64,000 bases of DNA from Lama guanicoe (Eukaryota). The stretch is taken from contig MU054096.1 in NCBI GenBank assembly GCA_013239625.1, positions 471,098 to 535,097 on the forward strand, written 5' to 3'. A model generated the notes under the pieces. That model had not been told where the DNA came from, searched no databases, and worked only from the letters and a program-made list of their open reading frames with translations. This document shows positions 37,475 to 51,469 of the stretch, piece by piece. Every line of letters begins with the position of its first letter. Within the stretch, counting starts at the first letter, position 1. A program made the position numbers and the translations under genes.

Positions 37475-39620
37475 CTGTTTTAGAAAACCTGGAGAAGAGA
37501 TACCCAGTTAAGGCAGAGGGAAAGGTAAAGAAAATCTGAGTTGGGGAAAAGTCTGTGAAATGTGACTAGCGACAGTTAGATGCCTGCTTTAAAAAAATAA
37601 AAAAAAGTAAAGCTTAATGAGGATGAGGGGCCTTTCCTTTTGGCCCCACTTACATTCAGGTGAAGGCTAGATTGATTTCTGCTTTGTTCCCCCAACAGCT
37701 TGCATTAGCAACTGGCCACTGCCAAGCTTGGGCTGGGAGGGAAGGAGGCTTTATCCATATGCAGATGAGGGTTTGGGGCAGGCTGCTAACCCAAACACCC
37801 TTGGGCCTTTAACCTGATGGAGGAATTCAGCCTCATTGCTGGCCCCGCAAATCAATTCATCCCAGAGAGAAACCTTGGGGATAAAAATTCACACACCATC
37901 AGGAATTCAAAACCTTACCTCCTGCAAGACTGGCTTCCAACAATTTGGAATCATAATACACCCGAGCACAAAGACCCAAAGCAGCAAAGCCCATCTTGGG
38001 CTACTTAAACACATTTAAAAAGCTCTAAGCAGATGGTCAGCTCCTTCCCAAACTGAACAAGCTGCCCTGGACCTATCAAACTGCCGTGTTAGCACGGTGC
38101 TTTCATCTGGGTTCCAAAATCTAATGCTCACTAAGCATTTCCAGTTTCACACAAGGCCCCTTTTCCCTTTCATGTGGAGAAAGATGTAAACCAGTTCTCT
38201 CCCAAATTTAGGTAAATAACTCTCTTTTAATATCCACTAACAATATCATCTTATATACCTTGTGCTTTTTTTCTCTCAGTGATAAACCTGGTTTATCTGA
38301 TGCCCTGAGTGGATTGTCTTTTTTCTTAACACATCCTCCTGTACAAAACAAAATCATTTTCAGCAATAATCATGAAATTAAATCGATAATGGCCAGAAAA
38401 TAAATGCAAACCATGAAAACTCTTCTTGTATTGAATTTTTTATATATATAAGCATGTTAGTAAATAATAATAATAATAATACAAAATATTTAAGTTTAAA
38501 AAGAGGGGAAAGGAATGAGTCAAGAATTTCCAACTAAATGCAAAAAGTCCAAATCAGATAACTATAAAATCATGCCATTAATTGAACATTGCCATTCTTT
38601 GATCATTCCCTTCTTAGTTGATTAAGAAGCACAAAAGAAGAAATATCTATTTTTAAAGATATTCAGATTATTTAAAATATTTCATGGATGAACTAAAACG
38701 TGCACTTACCAAACAAAGTCCTGCATCTCGTGGCCCGCATCCTGGTTCACTCTTCTGAATTTAAAACACTCACAAACAAAAATTCCAAGCGATCACAAAG
38801 CAATCACAAAGAAAGACAACAAGGTAACTCAAGTTCTGTTTCTTCATCTTGATCGCTGTTTACATCGAATCCACCTGAGAGGGTGGAGACTAAACTGTGC
38901 CTGGCATGAAGCTGAGTGTTTCAGAACCCTTGAGAACTCACTCTTGAAACAAACTCGGGTAGCTGAGTCCACAGGGGTCAGAGGTCACCCATAAAAGTGG
39001 GCATTTTTCTAGCTTAACTCCCATGTAGGCTACCTACGTAGCAGAATGACCTTTTTCCTAGTAAAAATGTGCTAGATTGAAGATTTCACATATAGTAATC
39101 ATCTAGCACCTGGACCCACAAACATTTGTGGGAGGGGAGGTACTATGTCACTGATAAGTTTGGAATTGTTGGTACATGGTGATGATAAAAAGCATTTTCA
39201 TTTATGAGTTATGACTGGTACATTCTCTACCAACAATGCACTCCTTCCCTGCCTGAATCTGGGGAGAAGCCCTTCCAATGCCCCACCCTTGTACTGTCCT
39301 CTCTTCCTACCAAAGCTGGCATAGGAGCCCTGTTCTAGTCCCACACACTCCATCCTTTAGTCTCTACCAAGCCACAGGGCACTTGACCTTCGCTAGAGAT
39401 GCGACAACCTTGAGAGCAGGGATGTAGCTCTCCATTCTCAACATCCCTCGTGGTATCAATGCCAACTGAATAAATGCAGAATCGAATTTACAATTGATGG
39501 ACTGATTTTTCTTATATGTACATACACACCCTGGATATTTGTCGAAAAGTTGTATAAAAATGTTTACTATTGTTAAGTCTTAGCAAAAGAAACCAGACGA
39601 TAAAATAATACATGCTGTAT

Positions 39621-40201
39621 TGTTGCAGGAAAATGCAAGAGGATGACCCTGTCCCGGGTCCTAAGCGAGTCCCTGGGACGCGTGCCATTGAGTGAGGGTC
39701 CTTGGCTTTGTGCAGGAAAGAATTTAAGAGTGAGCCACAGTAGAGTGAAAGCAAGTTTACTCAGGGAGATACACACTCCATAGACAGAGTGCCAGCAGTC
39801 TCAAAAGGGAAGAGAGAGAGGTGTCAGGAAAGACTGGACCCTAGAGCATAGGGTTGGCTAGGCAATTGACAGCGGCCATGAGGTGTGGGGTGGTTAGTTT
39901 TTATGGGCTCTGTAACTTCATATGCTAACAAGTGGGAGGGTTATTTTGGGGAAGGGGTGGGGATTCTCAGGAATTAGGCCCCCACCCACTTTTTGATCTT
40001 TCACGGTCAGCCTTGAAACTGTCATGGCACCTGTGGGTGTGCCATTTAGCAGCTAATGTATTTCAGTGAGTGGATAATGAAGCTCAAGGTCTACTGGGAG
40101 TTGCATCTCCCGCCATCTTGGGCCTTTCCAGTTTATGTCCTGTCCTCAATTGCTTGTAATTCTTTTAATGGTTGTGCCCCGTATCCTTCCCTCCTGTCTC
40201 A
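39621..40201 (-). mobile_element. ERV1-class solo LTR (MER4/LTR8-like), inserted in an old L1 3' end (about 39560-40470)
   Basis: TG..CA termini; perfect 4-bp TSD GTAT at 39617-39620 and 40202-40205; CGCCATCTTG and CAGGAAAGAATTTAAGAGTGAGCC motifs. Confidence 0.85.
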
Positions 40202-41329
40202 GTATGACTTTGCTTAAGTAAAGTACAAAAACAGGGAAACCATTCTAAGCTTGTAGATGTCGGGGCAGTTCCCCACTCCCCTGGGCAAGGCAGGGGGTCA
40301 TGCCAATAGCTAAATGGGAGCCGGAGAGGGTATGGGGAGGTTCTAGGTGTCTCCTGTCTGTTGACCTGAATGCTGACTGCTTGTCTGTATTCACTTTGTG
40401 AGAGTTCCCCAAGCTGAGCGTTTATGATATATGCACTTTTCAACAGGTTCTTTATACTTCAATAAAAAGATTTTTCTTAAGAAAAGAATCACAGAAAGTA
40501 TTATGTATTAAAGATCTATTTGACGACATATAGGAAATAGATGATCAAAACCTCGCATAGAGTTGGGTAATAACTTTAATCTCTCTAACCTTCCACGATT
40601 CCTAAAGCCGCAGAATTTTCTCAGTTTATTTACACTAGTTATTAACACTACAGAACTTAAACCAGCTGTATGAAAGCTGCTCAGTGATAGGTTTGGTTCC
40701 GAACTCATCTTCCAGATCTACAAACCAGGCTGACTCTGGAGTGATGTCTGTTTATCCAAGTTTTCATCCTTCTTCTCTCTTGGTGCTCCATTCTCCTCTC
40801 ATGACCTTTCTCACCTCTCTCCCTCCACGAGGCTTTCTGCTTCCAGAATATTGATGTCAGCACCTTCTTGCGAGCATCCTGATAAACACAGAACACTTTC
40901 TCACCTCACCCTCAAAACAAGTCAGTCGATCTCCCATGCAACTCTAGACTCCCCTACAGCTGATAGTCCCATCCATGAGCGTCGGAATCAACCAAGAGCC
41001 TTCTTCCACTCCATCTCATTTCCTTTTCCCTGGAGACTCCTCAACCCCTTGGCTTTCCATAAATCACATTCTTTTTCCAGAAAAGAGGATGACTGGGGAA
41101 GGAAGACAGCCCGTGGGGGGAGATGCCCGTAAGCCCCAGGGTGCAGTGGAGAGGCACAGGGCAGGGGGCATGGGAAGAGCAGGGGAGAGAGAAATCAACA
41201 GCAGTAAGCAGGTGAACCACAGCGAGTGACAGGTTTGCCACAATCTGACACAACAGTGAGGGAAAAACATCATTTCCTGGAGTTTTTCAGAATATGGTGA
41301 CAACAACAAGAGCAGCATCACCACATCTA

Positions 41330-41500
41330 CAACAGCTGTTGTTTATCAAGGGCTCACGATACGTCTCGCATCTGGTCCTCACAATAAACCAGCGAGGGAT
41401 TTACTGGTACTTATGTCTCCATCTCACGGATGAGATAACTGAGGCTCCGCTAAGTTAACCGGGACTCAAACCAACATTTAATCTGGTTTTCATCTGACGA
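41330..41500. mobile_element. MIR fragment
   Basis: CCTCACAATAAACC..CCATCTCACGGATGAGATAACTGAGGCTC..GGGACTCAAACC. Confidence 0.65.
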
Positions 41501-42666
41501 TCCTTAGCGCCACAGAGAATGGTACACCCAACACAGAAAATGAAGGACACAGAGGGAGCCCCAAATCCCAGAATCCATTGGAGAGACCTGGTCAGTCCAG
41601 TCACGAGTGGTCCATGTTCACATGACAGAGATGATGATTGATCTTAATCCTCTGTCTTAGCACTTACCTACTGACGTTGTTTGGGTGTCTCTTGTCTCCA
41701 CTGTGAAAGTTTTGTGATGTTAGTGATTGGATTTTATTCATCTTTGTATGTGTAACATGGTACAGGGTGCCCAACATAACAGTAACAATGGGGCTATTAT
41801 AGGAAATAATCCTCAAGATTTTCAACTCTTAGCTTAACAAAAATCAAATAGAGCATTCTAAGCCATTCCAAGTAGTCAGCGTTGAACAGCAAAGCTCCCC
41901 TTCCTCATATCCCCCAGTGCCTTCTTGCAAGAAGGCTGAAAATAGGACCCACAAAACCAATAACCGAATCCAGTAATAATGATTTTTAAACTCTTTACCA
42001 AAGATCTACGTGGCTTTTTGTAGACAGTTCCTTCTTGTTCACGGTTTTTTCTGGGAGGTATGTTTAACTTATTCACTCTGGCACCGTCTAGACTCCAAAT
42101 TGTCTCATTTCTTTTTCTAAGTCTTTTTCTTTTTTAACCACCATGAATTTTTACAGCAAAGCATCAAGCCAAAGTAAAATCACTTGCAATTTGGATAAAA
42201 GAAAAAAAGAAGGGTCATTTGAGGGTTTATTTGTTTGTTGGTTGGTTTGGTTTTTTAAACAAGGAAAGAGATGAGTAAACTTACATGAGCTCTATTTCCA
42301 CCAAATAAATTAGTCGTAGTAGATTTATTTTATGACACCAAGAGGTTGTGTTTGGAGACAAGAAAAAACTTTTGTTTTTGTTGACAAAAAAAGTGATGAA
42401 GAGTATTGCTGATGAAGGCTATCACATTTCCGTGATTCAGCTGTGGTTAGAGTGAGGAGGCGGTTTCAAATAGCCTAAGCAGACTTCACTCAAAAGTCAA
42501 ATTGCACAAAAACTCACTGCATTTGGTAGAAAATCTAATGAATTATAAGTTATCATTTCAGTTACACCTTGCTACTAATGAGGAAAATCTTAGTTTTGGA
42601 AAGCAGTACCATAGAACACTTACTGGCTTGGCTTTAGGTCTTTTTTGACAATCAAAATCTTAAACA

Positions 42667-43132
42667 TCTGTAATTTTATTTTTTTTGATAGTATCTTTGT
42701 CTGGTTTTGGTATCAGGGTGATGGTGGCTTCATAGAATGAGTTTGGGAGTATTTCCTCCTCTTCAGTCTTCTGGAAGAGTTTGAGAAGGCTCAGGGTGAG
42801 TTTCTTCTTTGTGTGTTTGGTAGACTTCCCCAGTGAAGCCATCTGGTCCTGGACTTTTGTTCGCAGGGAGATTTTTTAATTGCTGATTCTGTCTCATTTC
42901 TAATGATCGATTTGTTCAAGTGATCTATTTCTTCTTGATTCAGTCTTGGTGCGCTATATATAAAAATGGAGAAAAAAATTCCTTTTGTACAGAGAATTAT
43001 ATTCAATATCTTGGAATAGCATTTAATGAAAAAGAATATGAAAACGAATATATGTTTACATATGCATGACTGGGATATGATGCTGTACGCCAGAAATTGA
43101 CACATTGTAACTGACTATACTTCAATTGAAAA
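42667..43132 (+). mobile_element. Young L1 with inverted ORF2 fragment (42667-42951) joined to sense 3' tip
   Basis: Minus ORF 42660-42842 ([32 protein letters not shown]) is ORF2p; TSD AAAA(T/A)CTTAAACA at 42654-42666 and 43133-43145. Confidence 0.88.
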
Positions 43133-44314
43133 AAAAACTTAAACACAAGCTTCTTCATCAACCAAAGAGATGGGCGAATCTCTCTGAGAAAGGGGCATAC
43201 GGGCAAATACCTTAGTGCCCAGAGTTTGGAATAAGAATGAGACACAACTAATAAAACTGTTTTCATGATTCTTTCTGATCTTTCCTCACCAGTCAGAGGA
43301 TAAGTGAACTCGAACATGGTTAAGAACCCTGAGTGCAAATGTTCTTACTACCTGAAGATGTGCGTCTAACAGGTAAGAAAGTACTATCTTAGGATTCATC
43401 CAATTTCCATGTGCCTTATGTCAGCGAACAGTACCTCTGGGCTTTACACTGAATAGGCTCTTTTTTTGTCTTTTGGTTTTGCAGCAGAAGCGGACATACC
43501 CCCCAAAATGCTCTTGCTCACCCAGCATACAATAAGAGTTCCAAAGTGATTGAAGACTGGGAGTTGGAACTGCCCCCAGCTCTCACCTCCTCATGGAATA
43601 TCCACAGGTAACAACCTGCTTACAGAATATTCAAAGGGAAAATACTTTTAGAGACTTGTCAGATATACAAATGAAAGTTACCACAGTCAGCGCTGTTAAT
43701 ACAAAGAGTTCAGGATCAAGCATGCAAACACTCTAGTTTCATGGGAGCCTTAAGTCTGGAAACACAAGTGAATAAAGTAATAAATGACTTATTAGTGTTA
43801 CATTACAACCAGTGATATAATCAATAGCTCTATATGATAGCTTGAATATGTGGTCCATTTTTAGCAGTCCATAGCTCGACACTTTGGGCAAAACTGCAGT
43901 GAACGTTTAATGCAGCATTTCTCAGTCCCTAAATGTGAGTCCGGGATACAATGCTTTAGAAACGTGGGTCTCTAATTCTCCTTGATTAAACCTGTGCCTT
44001 TAGCATCCTCCTAGAATGAGATATATAAAGCGTTCAGATCTAATGAGCATCCAGCCCAATTCCTCATCAGACCACATAGTCCAATTCACTTTTGGAAATC
44101 ATGCTCCGCCCAGCCCCTCACTCCTCTGGTATAAAGGGTTGGTTCACCCTCCCAAACACGCTGGTGACTTCACCTGGACTGTCAACCAAGAATGTAGAGA
44201 TTTTTCTTTATTTTGTAAGGATGGAAGTGACCATTTTCTTAGAAAAGAATCTCATCTAATGAACCATCTGCTTATGGTTCCATAAAGAGGAGGTAACTTG
44301 TGTTTTTTCTTTGG

Positions 44315-44540
44315 ATTCGTTCATTCCACAGGTATTTATTGAATGCCAATTCTATGCTAGACTTCATCCTAGATACCTGAGCCACATCTGTGAACAAAAC
44401 AGCATCCTGTCCTTTGTTAACTTTAATTTCTAGCTATGGGGTAAAGACAATGAACAATGAATGTGATAAAGCAGTATATGATACAGTATGTTAGAAGGTG
44501 GTAAGTGATGGGGGGTGACTAAAACAGGATAAGGGGCTTA
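44315..44540. mobile_element. L2 3' end
   Basis: TTCGTTCATTCCACAGGTATTTATTGAATGCCAATTCTATGCTAGAC. Confidence 0.65.
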
Positions 44541-47288
44541 ATTAATGTTTAGATAGGCACACATTTCAGACTTTCATCCTTGATAATACAATGATAAAAA
44601 ATCAAAACATGTAGACAAAGTTACATGGTCAATATATAACAATATTTGTATATGGTGGTATTTCAAGAGAAACTGTAGTTTAAAAAACAAACTTCCATTG
44701 AAAAAATTGGTCCGAAAACATCAACCAAAGTATCTTTTTTCATTTTTTTCCCCAACTAAGTCTTTGATGTTATCACCTGGAGAATTCACAGGTGGAAAAT
44801 TAAAGGAGGTTTGGTTTATCCCTTTTGTTGGATGCAAGCCATCCCGAATAAACAAACAACATTGTACCTAATTAGTCACCTTTCACTTTTGACTCGAATG
44901 TTGGAATATCAAGACACCTTGGAGTTCCTGACAGAGAGTTGAGTCTATCAGCCACATAAGCCAATAATTCGAACAAGATTCAAGCGAAGGTTTAGAAGAA
45001 TCCAGCTCGGTGATTTGCCATTACTTGTACATTGCTTCCCACAAGGAAATGGCTGGCTTTTCACTGAATTATGCTGATGAGATGAGGACCCAATTCTAGC
45101 TCCTAATTATGTGAGGAAATGCTGCTTGAACACGGTGCATTTCCTGGGCATCTTTGTGGACACCAGCCTCCCTCCTCCCGAACCACAAACTGTCACACCC
45201 TGACACCCTCCATCCTCACCACCCTTAATCTGCGACTCCTATGGACCCGGGAACAAAGCGGGTGCTCCCTTGGAAGAAGGCATGGGGGATGGAGTGACCA
45301 CTGAGTATATTCTGATTTTTTTTTTCAACTGTCATATGGCGAGATCCTAGTAGGTTTCAATGCTGTCACCTATTCAGTCAGCCCAGATGAACCAGAATCA
45401 CCATTTCAGTTTTGTCACAGCTCGAGGCAAGAGCATGTCACCCTCTTTATTTCCAGCTTCCAACAAGCTGCTTAGGCAGATGCTAAATGTGGTCCTCCCC
45501 GCCACGTTCAGGAGAGTGGCCTTTGTGTGGGTTAATTGAGCCCCCACTCCATTTAATAGGCTGTTGAAGTCTTATTGAAACAGAGCTAGTGCCGCAGGTT
45601 AAATACATTGAGGTGCTCTCGCTAATCCTCTCATTAACAGGGCTGGAGAGCTTGTTGGGAGCTGTGAGTTTGCATATATTAACAGGGAGCGCTTCCCTCA
45701 AGTGCTATCAATAAGATGACAAAGCCAGTTTGCAAATAGTGAAATCAACAGTGACACAAAGCTAGATACCCTTTAAAAAAATAAACAGCTTAATAACTGA
45801 TAAATCTCATACTCGCACTCGAGAGAAGAGAACGCTAAGCAGGGAAGAGATGTCTTTTACTGGGTCCGACTTACAACAGGAAAGGAGGCTGATGTCAAAA
45901 CACTGCAGAGACTTGTGGGTGAAGGTGAACTGAGAAATTATGGCAATCAGCCATGGAGTCCAGGCTCCCACTTAGAAGTACCAGAGATGGAACATTATGT
46001 TGTTTTAATAAAATAGAATCCTGGCAAGGGCTGAAATAGGTCCGAGCTCCCAGGACAAGAGGGCCAGTACATCCTTGCAGAAAGCAGGTGATGTCAGGAA
46101 CAGACTCTTGAAACAGACTGCTCTGCGCCAGCAGGGAAAGTGGGGCCAAGGTAACTGTGAAGTCAGGGATGCTACAGGTGTGTCTTCTGAAGACTCTTCA
46201 TCATTGGCTTGTACGTCATACGAGAAAACGGGAAGAGGATTTGGGGAGGAGGGATGGAGATAGTGTCAGAAAGGGCTGAAAAGTGTGGCACCAAGACAGG
46301 TATCCTTGTCAAACGACCTGATCTGTCAGCCACCCTTGATGCTCGGTGGAAAAATAAATCTCTCTGGCTGCAGGGATTCTGAATACATTGGTTAAAATGG
46401 TACCTACGTTTTGGGAAAGAAGACTTTCCCTACACCAACTGGTCAAGTGGCAAGAGTTTACATCCTCTAGTGAGATAAAAATAAGTGAATAAAAGCCAAT
46501 GCAGGATGGTGGCTTGGGACACTTTTCCCAGGACTGCTGAATCACAGCACAGGGTTGCCTGGCCACCCCCTGCCCACCTGCTTTGTCATCGTGATAAAGA
46601 GAAACAGCCCGATGTTAAAGTAAATCGGGTGTCACTGACCAGAGGGTTCCTAATATTTAGGAAGCATGCAACTTCAGAGTTACTTTGTTTTAAGAAATGT
46701 ACTTTGGCCCAACTATGCAAAATACCCAAAATTCTGCTAATAACAAGCTATGTTTAAAGTGTTGTGTTGGATGATTTTTCTCTCAATTAGACCAGCAATC
46801 ATTCTATCCCTAACTAGCCATGTGACTACAGGCAAATTACTACTCTGTCAGGACCTGAAGGTCATTCTGTGTAATATGCATGAGTCACACTGGAGGAAGT
46901 CTAAGACCCTTCCAAGGTCCCAAATTCCATGACTAAAATCAGAGAAGGGTAACCATAAAGAAAATAATTGGTAACTATTTTTTCTAAAAACCAATGGTCA
47001 ACATAACTGACTTATGTTAATGGAAAGGAAGTACCAGTCTTTGGTAATTGACTCCTACTTGACGTATTCAATTATCAACTCCTAGAGGGATGATGGGCTG
47101 AACCTTATCTGTATCCAGAACCCTTAAAGAGTCTCAGAAAAATTGGGTTTTACGTGTTTATTTCTATTTCAGAGACTATGTCTAATGACCTTCCATCAAC
47201 AGTGTGCAGCAACATTTAAATGGAAGTTCCTCACCTCTCCAATCGCCAGTTTATCAAGCAAACTGTGGTTGTATCGTCTCTTTCTCTG

Positions 47289-47374
47289 TTTTTTTTAGAG
47301 GAGGTACTGGGGGTTGAACCTAGGACCCTGTGCATGCTAAGCACACGTTCTACCACTGAGCTCTACCCTCCCCC
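47289..47374 (-). mobile_element. vic-1-like SINE
   Basis: GGAGGTACTGGGGGTTGAACCTAGGACC..GCATGCTAAGCAC..TACCACTGAGCTCTACCCTCCCC. Confidence 0.85.
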
Positions 47375-48656
47375 TCTCATCTCTCTCTTTTTTGAAACCA
47401 GTTGCCAAGTCTCTTCAGTCTACATCTAGAAGGGATCTCAAATTGCCCCTTGCTTTCTTTCCCTATTGCCACACCCTCTACTTCTCTCTACTTTCTTTCT
47501 TCCCAACACATCTTCTACACAACAGTCAGATTCACTCTCCTAATGCCCACATCCAAGTGTATTATTTACCTGCTTGCAACCTTTAATGAAGCACCACTGC
47601 GTGGCAGATTCATCACAGACCCTTCACTGGCTACTCAGCGGTTTCCACACTGTGGCTCTTGCTCTGGCTCCTACCTTTGTAGTCTTAGTCTCTCTTCCTC
47701 CACTCCAAAACCCATGCCTTCTACTGCCCAAACCAGGAAAGTTGCTGAATTGCCTCTGCTCTCCGATTGCCAGACTTCCCCCATCCCCAAATGACCCTTT
47801 TACCTTGTGTTCCCCATTGAAGTCTTCTTTCTTCTTTTGGATCTATTTCAAGCACCATCTTCTCCATGGAGTCTTGGGTGGTTTTGCATCAAATTATAAT
47901 CTCTGATGCCATTGATCACGATAAAAATCTGCCTTTCTTTTGGCGATGTTTATCTTTCTCTACTTAGGGATCAGGATAGATTTATTGGCATGAGACCAAC
48001 AAGTAGACATGGTCTTGGTCCCAGCCCCTGACACCCTGAGTCAGCAGAACGCGAGGCAGCCCCCCCCCCACCATCCAGTGCCCAGGACTTGCATGGTAGG
48101 TAGTTTCTGGAGCTCTCCGGTGACTGCTTGTTTTTCTGTGTATAATTGTGGACAATGCTGTGTGAAAAACTCATAAGCATTCCTCAGGTGAGCCCCGAAG
48201 TTTCCAGCACAGCTCACATGGGCTTGTACGTTAAACTTCTCTTTGTTCTATAGACTAGCCAACACAATACGAAGTTCCTAAGGTTTGCCATAGATATCCT
48301 GCTAGACCTTATAGGAGATTATTCCTGAGATATTAGAAGATAAATTTTACTCAGTACTTCTAATAACCTCCCAGTTTACAAACTACAATAGGGCAGGGAC
48401 AGGGTCATTGCTGCCCTCAGTTTGCCTGAATATATCTTGCAAGAAGCCTTTACCTAAAAGGACATAAATAAAGATCTTTTTGGATTAAATGGAATTATTT
48501 GCCAAAATATAATAATGGCACAATATAATAACATATAATATATAATAATGATACAATATAACTATATATCATATTATAATATATAATAAATAAACATATA
48601 ATAATAATAAATTTCCCCTTGTAAGTTCTAAGCCTCTGTTTAAAAAAATCTTTTAA

Positions 48657-48772
48657 AATATGAAAACAAATAAATGTATATATATGCATGACTGGGACAT
48701 TGTGCTGTACACCAGAAATGGACACATTGTAACTGATGATATTGCAATAAATTAAAAAAGCAAAGAAAAAAA
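48657..48772 (+). mobile_element. Short L1 3' tip
   Basis: ATGAAAACAAAT..GCATGACTGGGACATTGTGCTGTACACCAGAAAT..AATAAA. Confidence 0.85.
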
Positions 48773-48994
48773 GATATCTTTTTAAAATGAGGGTAACTAC
48801 TGGTGATTCATCCTTTGATACCTTGGAATTCCCATGTTAGATTTTTTTTTAAGAGGATCCATGCATGTGGGTAGGTAAATGATCTTACACTGAAAAAAAG
48901 GAAATCCAGGTGCTCAAGATAATTGGTAACATATCCAAGATCACACACAAGTCCTTATTGATAGGACCTAGGTTGAGAAGTTCTGGTTACTCCT

Positions 48995-49142
48995 GATTGA
49001 GTGAAAGTGTGGTTCATGGATCACCTGACTTGATAAACACTGCAGAACCTCAGGCCCCATCCCAGACCTACAGAGTCAGAATCTTCATTGTAAGAAGATC
49101 TCCAGGTGAACTGGGTACACTTTCAAGTTTGAGAAGATCTGC
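48995..49142. mobile_element. MER5A
   Basis: AAAGTGTGGTTCATGGA..CTCAGGCCCCATCCCAGACCTACAGAGTCAGAATCT..AAGTTTGAGAAG. Confidence 0.75.
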
Positions 49143-50799
49143 TTCCAGATCATCCTGCTAGAAAAGAGGTAATGCCCTTGAAGCTTTCAGGGGTCAAAAT
49201 GTTTGCTTTCACAAAATCTTTCAGATAAATGCATTTTCATCAGCCCATGCCAATTGTAGAGGTAATGTGGGATGAAACAAACAGACAAACGAACACTCCT
49301 TCTTATTTGTTCAGGACCAGTAATTATTAAACAAAACCTCCTCCAATGAGCTCACGTGAAAAGTCACTGGTTAGCATGCTGATTCAGTGAAGTCCAGCTA
49401 ATGAATGCAATTACCTTGTCTCTGCTGTCTAAGCGGTTATTAGCGTAGTTCAGCACAGTTAAAGTCCGTACTAAAAACCTTTGGGCCACTCTCAAATATC
49501 AGTTGCTGTAATCGGGTACCCTACCTTTCACATCCAGTTCTTTTTTATAAAGAATGTGAATTTTCTTTAGGAAAATCATAAGTTTCTTTTGATCTACAAT
49601 CACATTGCCAGATTTATAAGGCATTGTTCATACTCGTTGCTGGGAAAAATGAAATAGATGGGGACTCTCAGAGACAAACAATGACCAACCGAATGGAGGG
49701 AGAGACTATGAGTTTACATGTGTTCTCTCCTCAACATCCTTCTCATCTCTCTTCTACTTTTCTTTAGAAAACAAGATTTATCAGGGAGTTTCCTTGGAGA
49801 GGCACCTTGTCATTTCATCACTCTTTAAGGCAACTGTGGAATCCAAGAGGGAAATTCTGCCCTAAGAATTCCCCAGTATCATGCTGCCCCTGGTTGAAAC
49901 TGATCACATTTATCAAACACTACAAAAGTGCTAATGTTATGCGTTGTTATCCACAGTTAATGCAATCAAGGGAACACCTTCAGTATTCTGGTGTGTGTGT
50001 GTGTGTTTGTGGGTATGTGTGTGCGCAAGAGCTATTCTCTGAGCAAAGAGAGCAGGAGCAGTTATAGCCTAGAGTGAGCTCTTCTGGTAAAGAAAGCTGT
50101 TAGGATTCCTGCGTCACTTTGGTGGGATGTTAGCCATTCACGATATAGCCTCTCTCAGCGTTCACTGAAAAGGTGCATGAAAACTCAACAAGAGGGAGAA
50201 AGAGACTAAAACAGTTCTTAAAGTGGAAAAAAGACAAGGCTACATGTTACAGTGGAGGGAGAATTTCAGTTAATTATGGTTTCGATGGAGCTGGTCGGAG
50301 AAACATAATAGTAAGATATTCACATTTCACCTCTGGGGCAAAGGGGCTGAAAACAGAAGAGGGGTAGTTAAGTAAGTCTGCCTGCCTTTATTTAGCTCAA
50401 GGGTGCAAACACAGAGCTACACTGAACCTCAGGCAGTAACATGCCATTTTTTTCTTCCTCTATCAAAAAATAGCCTTTAAAAAAGATTCTGGGCCCCATT
50501 AGTTTTATAGGAAAAGTCTTCCTCTCATGTCTAAAATACGGTAGTTTTTCTATATTTATAGCAATCCATGCCATAACCTGGTTTAAAAAAAAAACCCTCA
50601 CTCTATTTTTCCTCATAAAGATGCCAAAACTGGTACAAAACTGAATGTGAACCGCATCTGACTCCCACTCTTGCCGAGAATACTATAGCTAAGTCTTATG
50701 TATGAATAAGTAGAAAAAGCCCTAATTACAATAGCATCACTTGAAAATGAAATGGACAGAGTGGTTGTAGTTTTTAGTCTTCCCAGCAAAGGATTCCAT

Positions 50800-51110
50800 C
50801 CTAAATATCTGAGGATGCATTCCCTCAGATGCAGACTCTGAAATTCTGTGTTTAGGAGACAGGATGTTTATTAAGAAGTGTCCTCAGGATCAGTGTCTAT
50901 GGAAGAAAGAGAAAAGGAACAGGAGTCGGCAGAGGGCCCTCAATCTCAGCAGGGCCCACAGGGAGCTCTGAAGCCACAGGAGCCCGAAGTTTGCATGAAA
51001 TGGTCCAGCTTTTTTAACACCACATCAATCGGATTCAGATGTAGGCCACCCTAAGAAGGGACATGACCTTGGATGAGGCATAGCTCCCATCTGATGCTGG
51101 AGAGAAGAGT
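50800..51110 (-). mobile_element. LTR16-family ERVL LTR
   Basis: GCAGACTCTGA..CAGGATGTTTATTAAG..CCCACAGGGAGCTCTG..ATGACCTTGGATGAGGC. Confidence 0.65.
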
Positions 51111-51469
51111 TCATTCTTTACTCCAGATTTGCAGGGCTTGGTTTGCTGGTAGCCACATTGCTGGCATGTGGTCAGGGCCTGTGTATTCTAACACAAAATG
51201 CAAGTGACACTCAGAGAAAGCTCTAGGGCCAATGGGTTACTATTTGCAATCCCTGAGGCTTGATTCCTTCAGTTTCTTCTTCAGTTCTTGGAACTATTCC
51301 AGTATCTTTTCCAGCTACATGAGTGAAGAAAAGCCCCCTTTCACTCAAGCTAGTATAAACTGAGTTTTTCTGACCTGACTCAGACACTATGTCAGGTTAA
51401 CTCAGTTACCAAACCTAAGTAAGTGAAACACACACATACAAACACCCACACAACTGTAGGCCAATAGTA

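Noticed and set aside
40700..50000. Apparent abundance of WGATAA motifs
   Set aside because: A 6-mer of this composition is expected frequently in AT-rich DNA; enrichment cannot be shown by eye.
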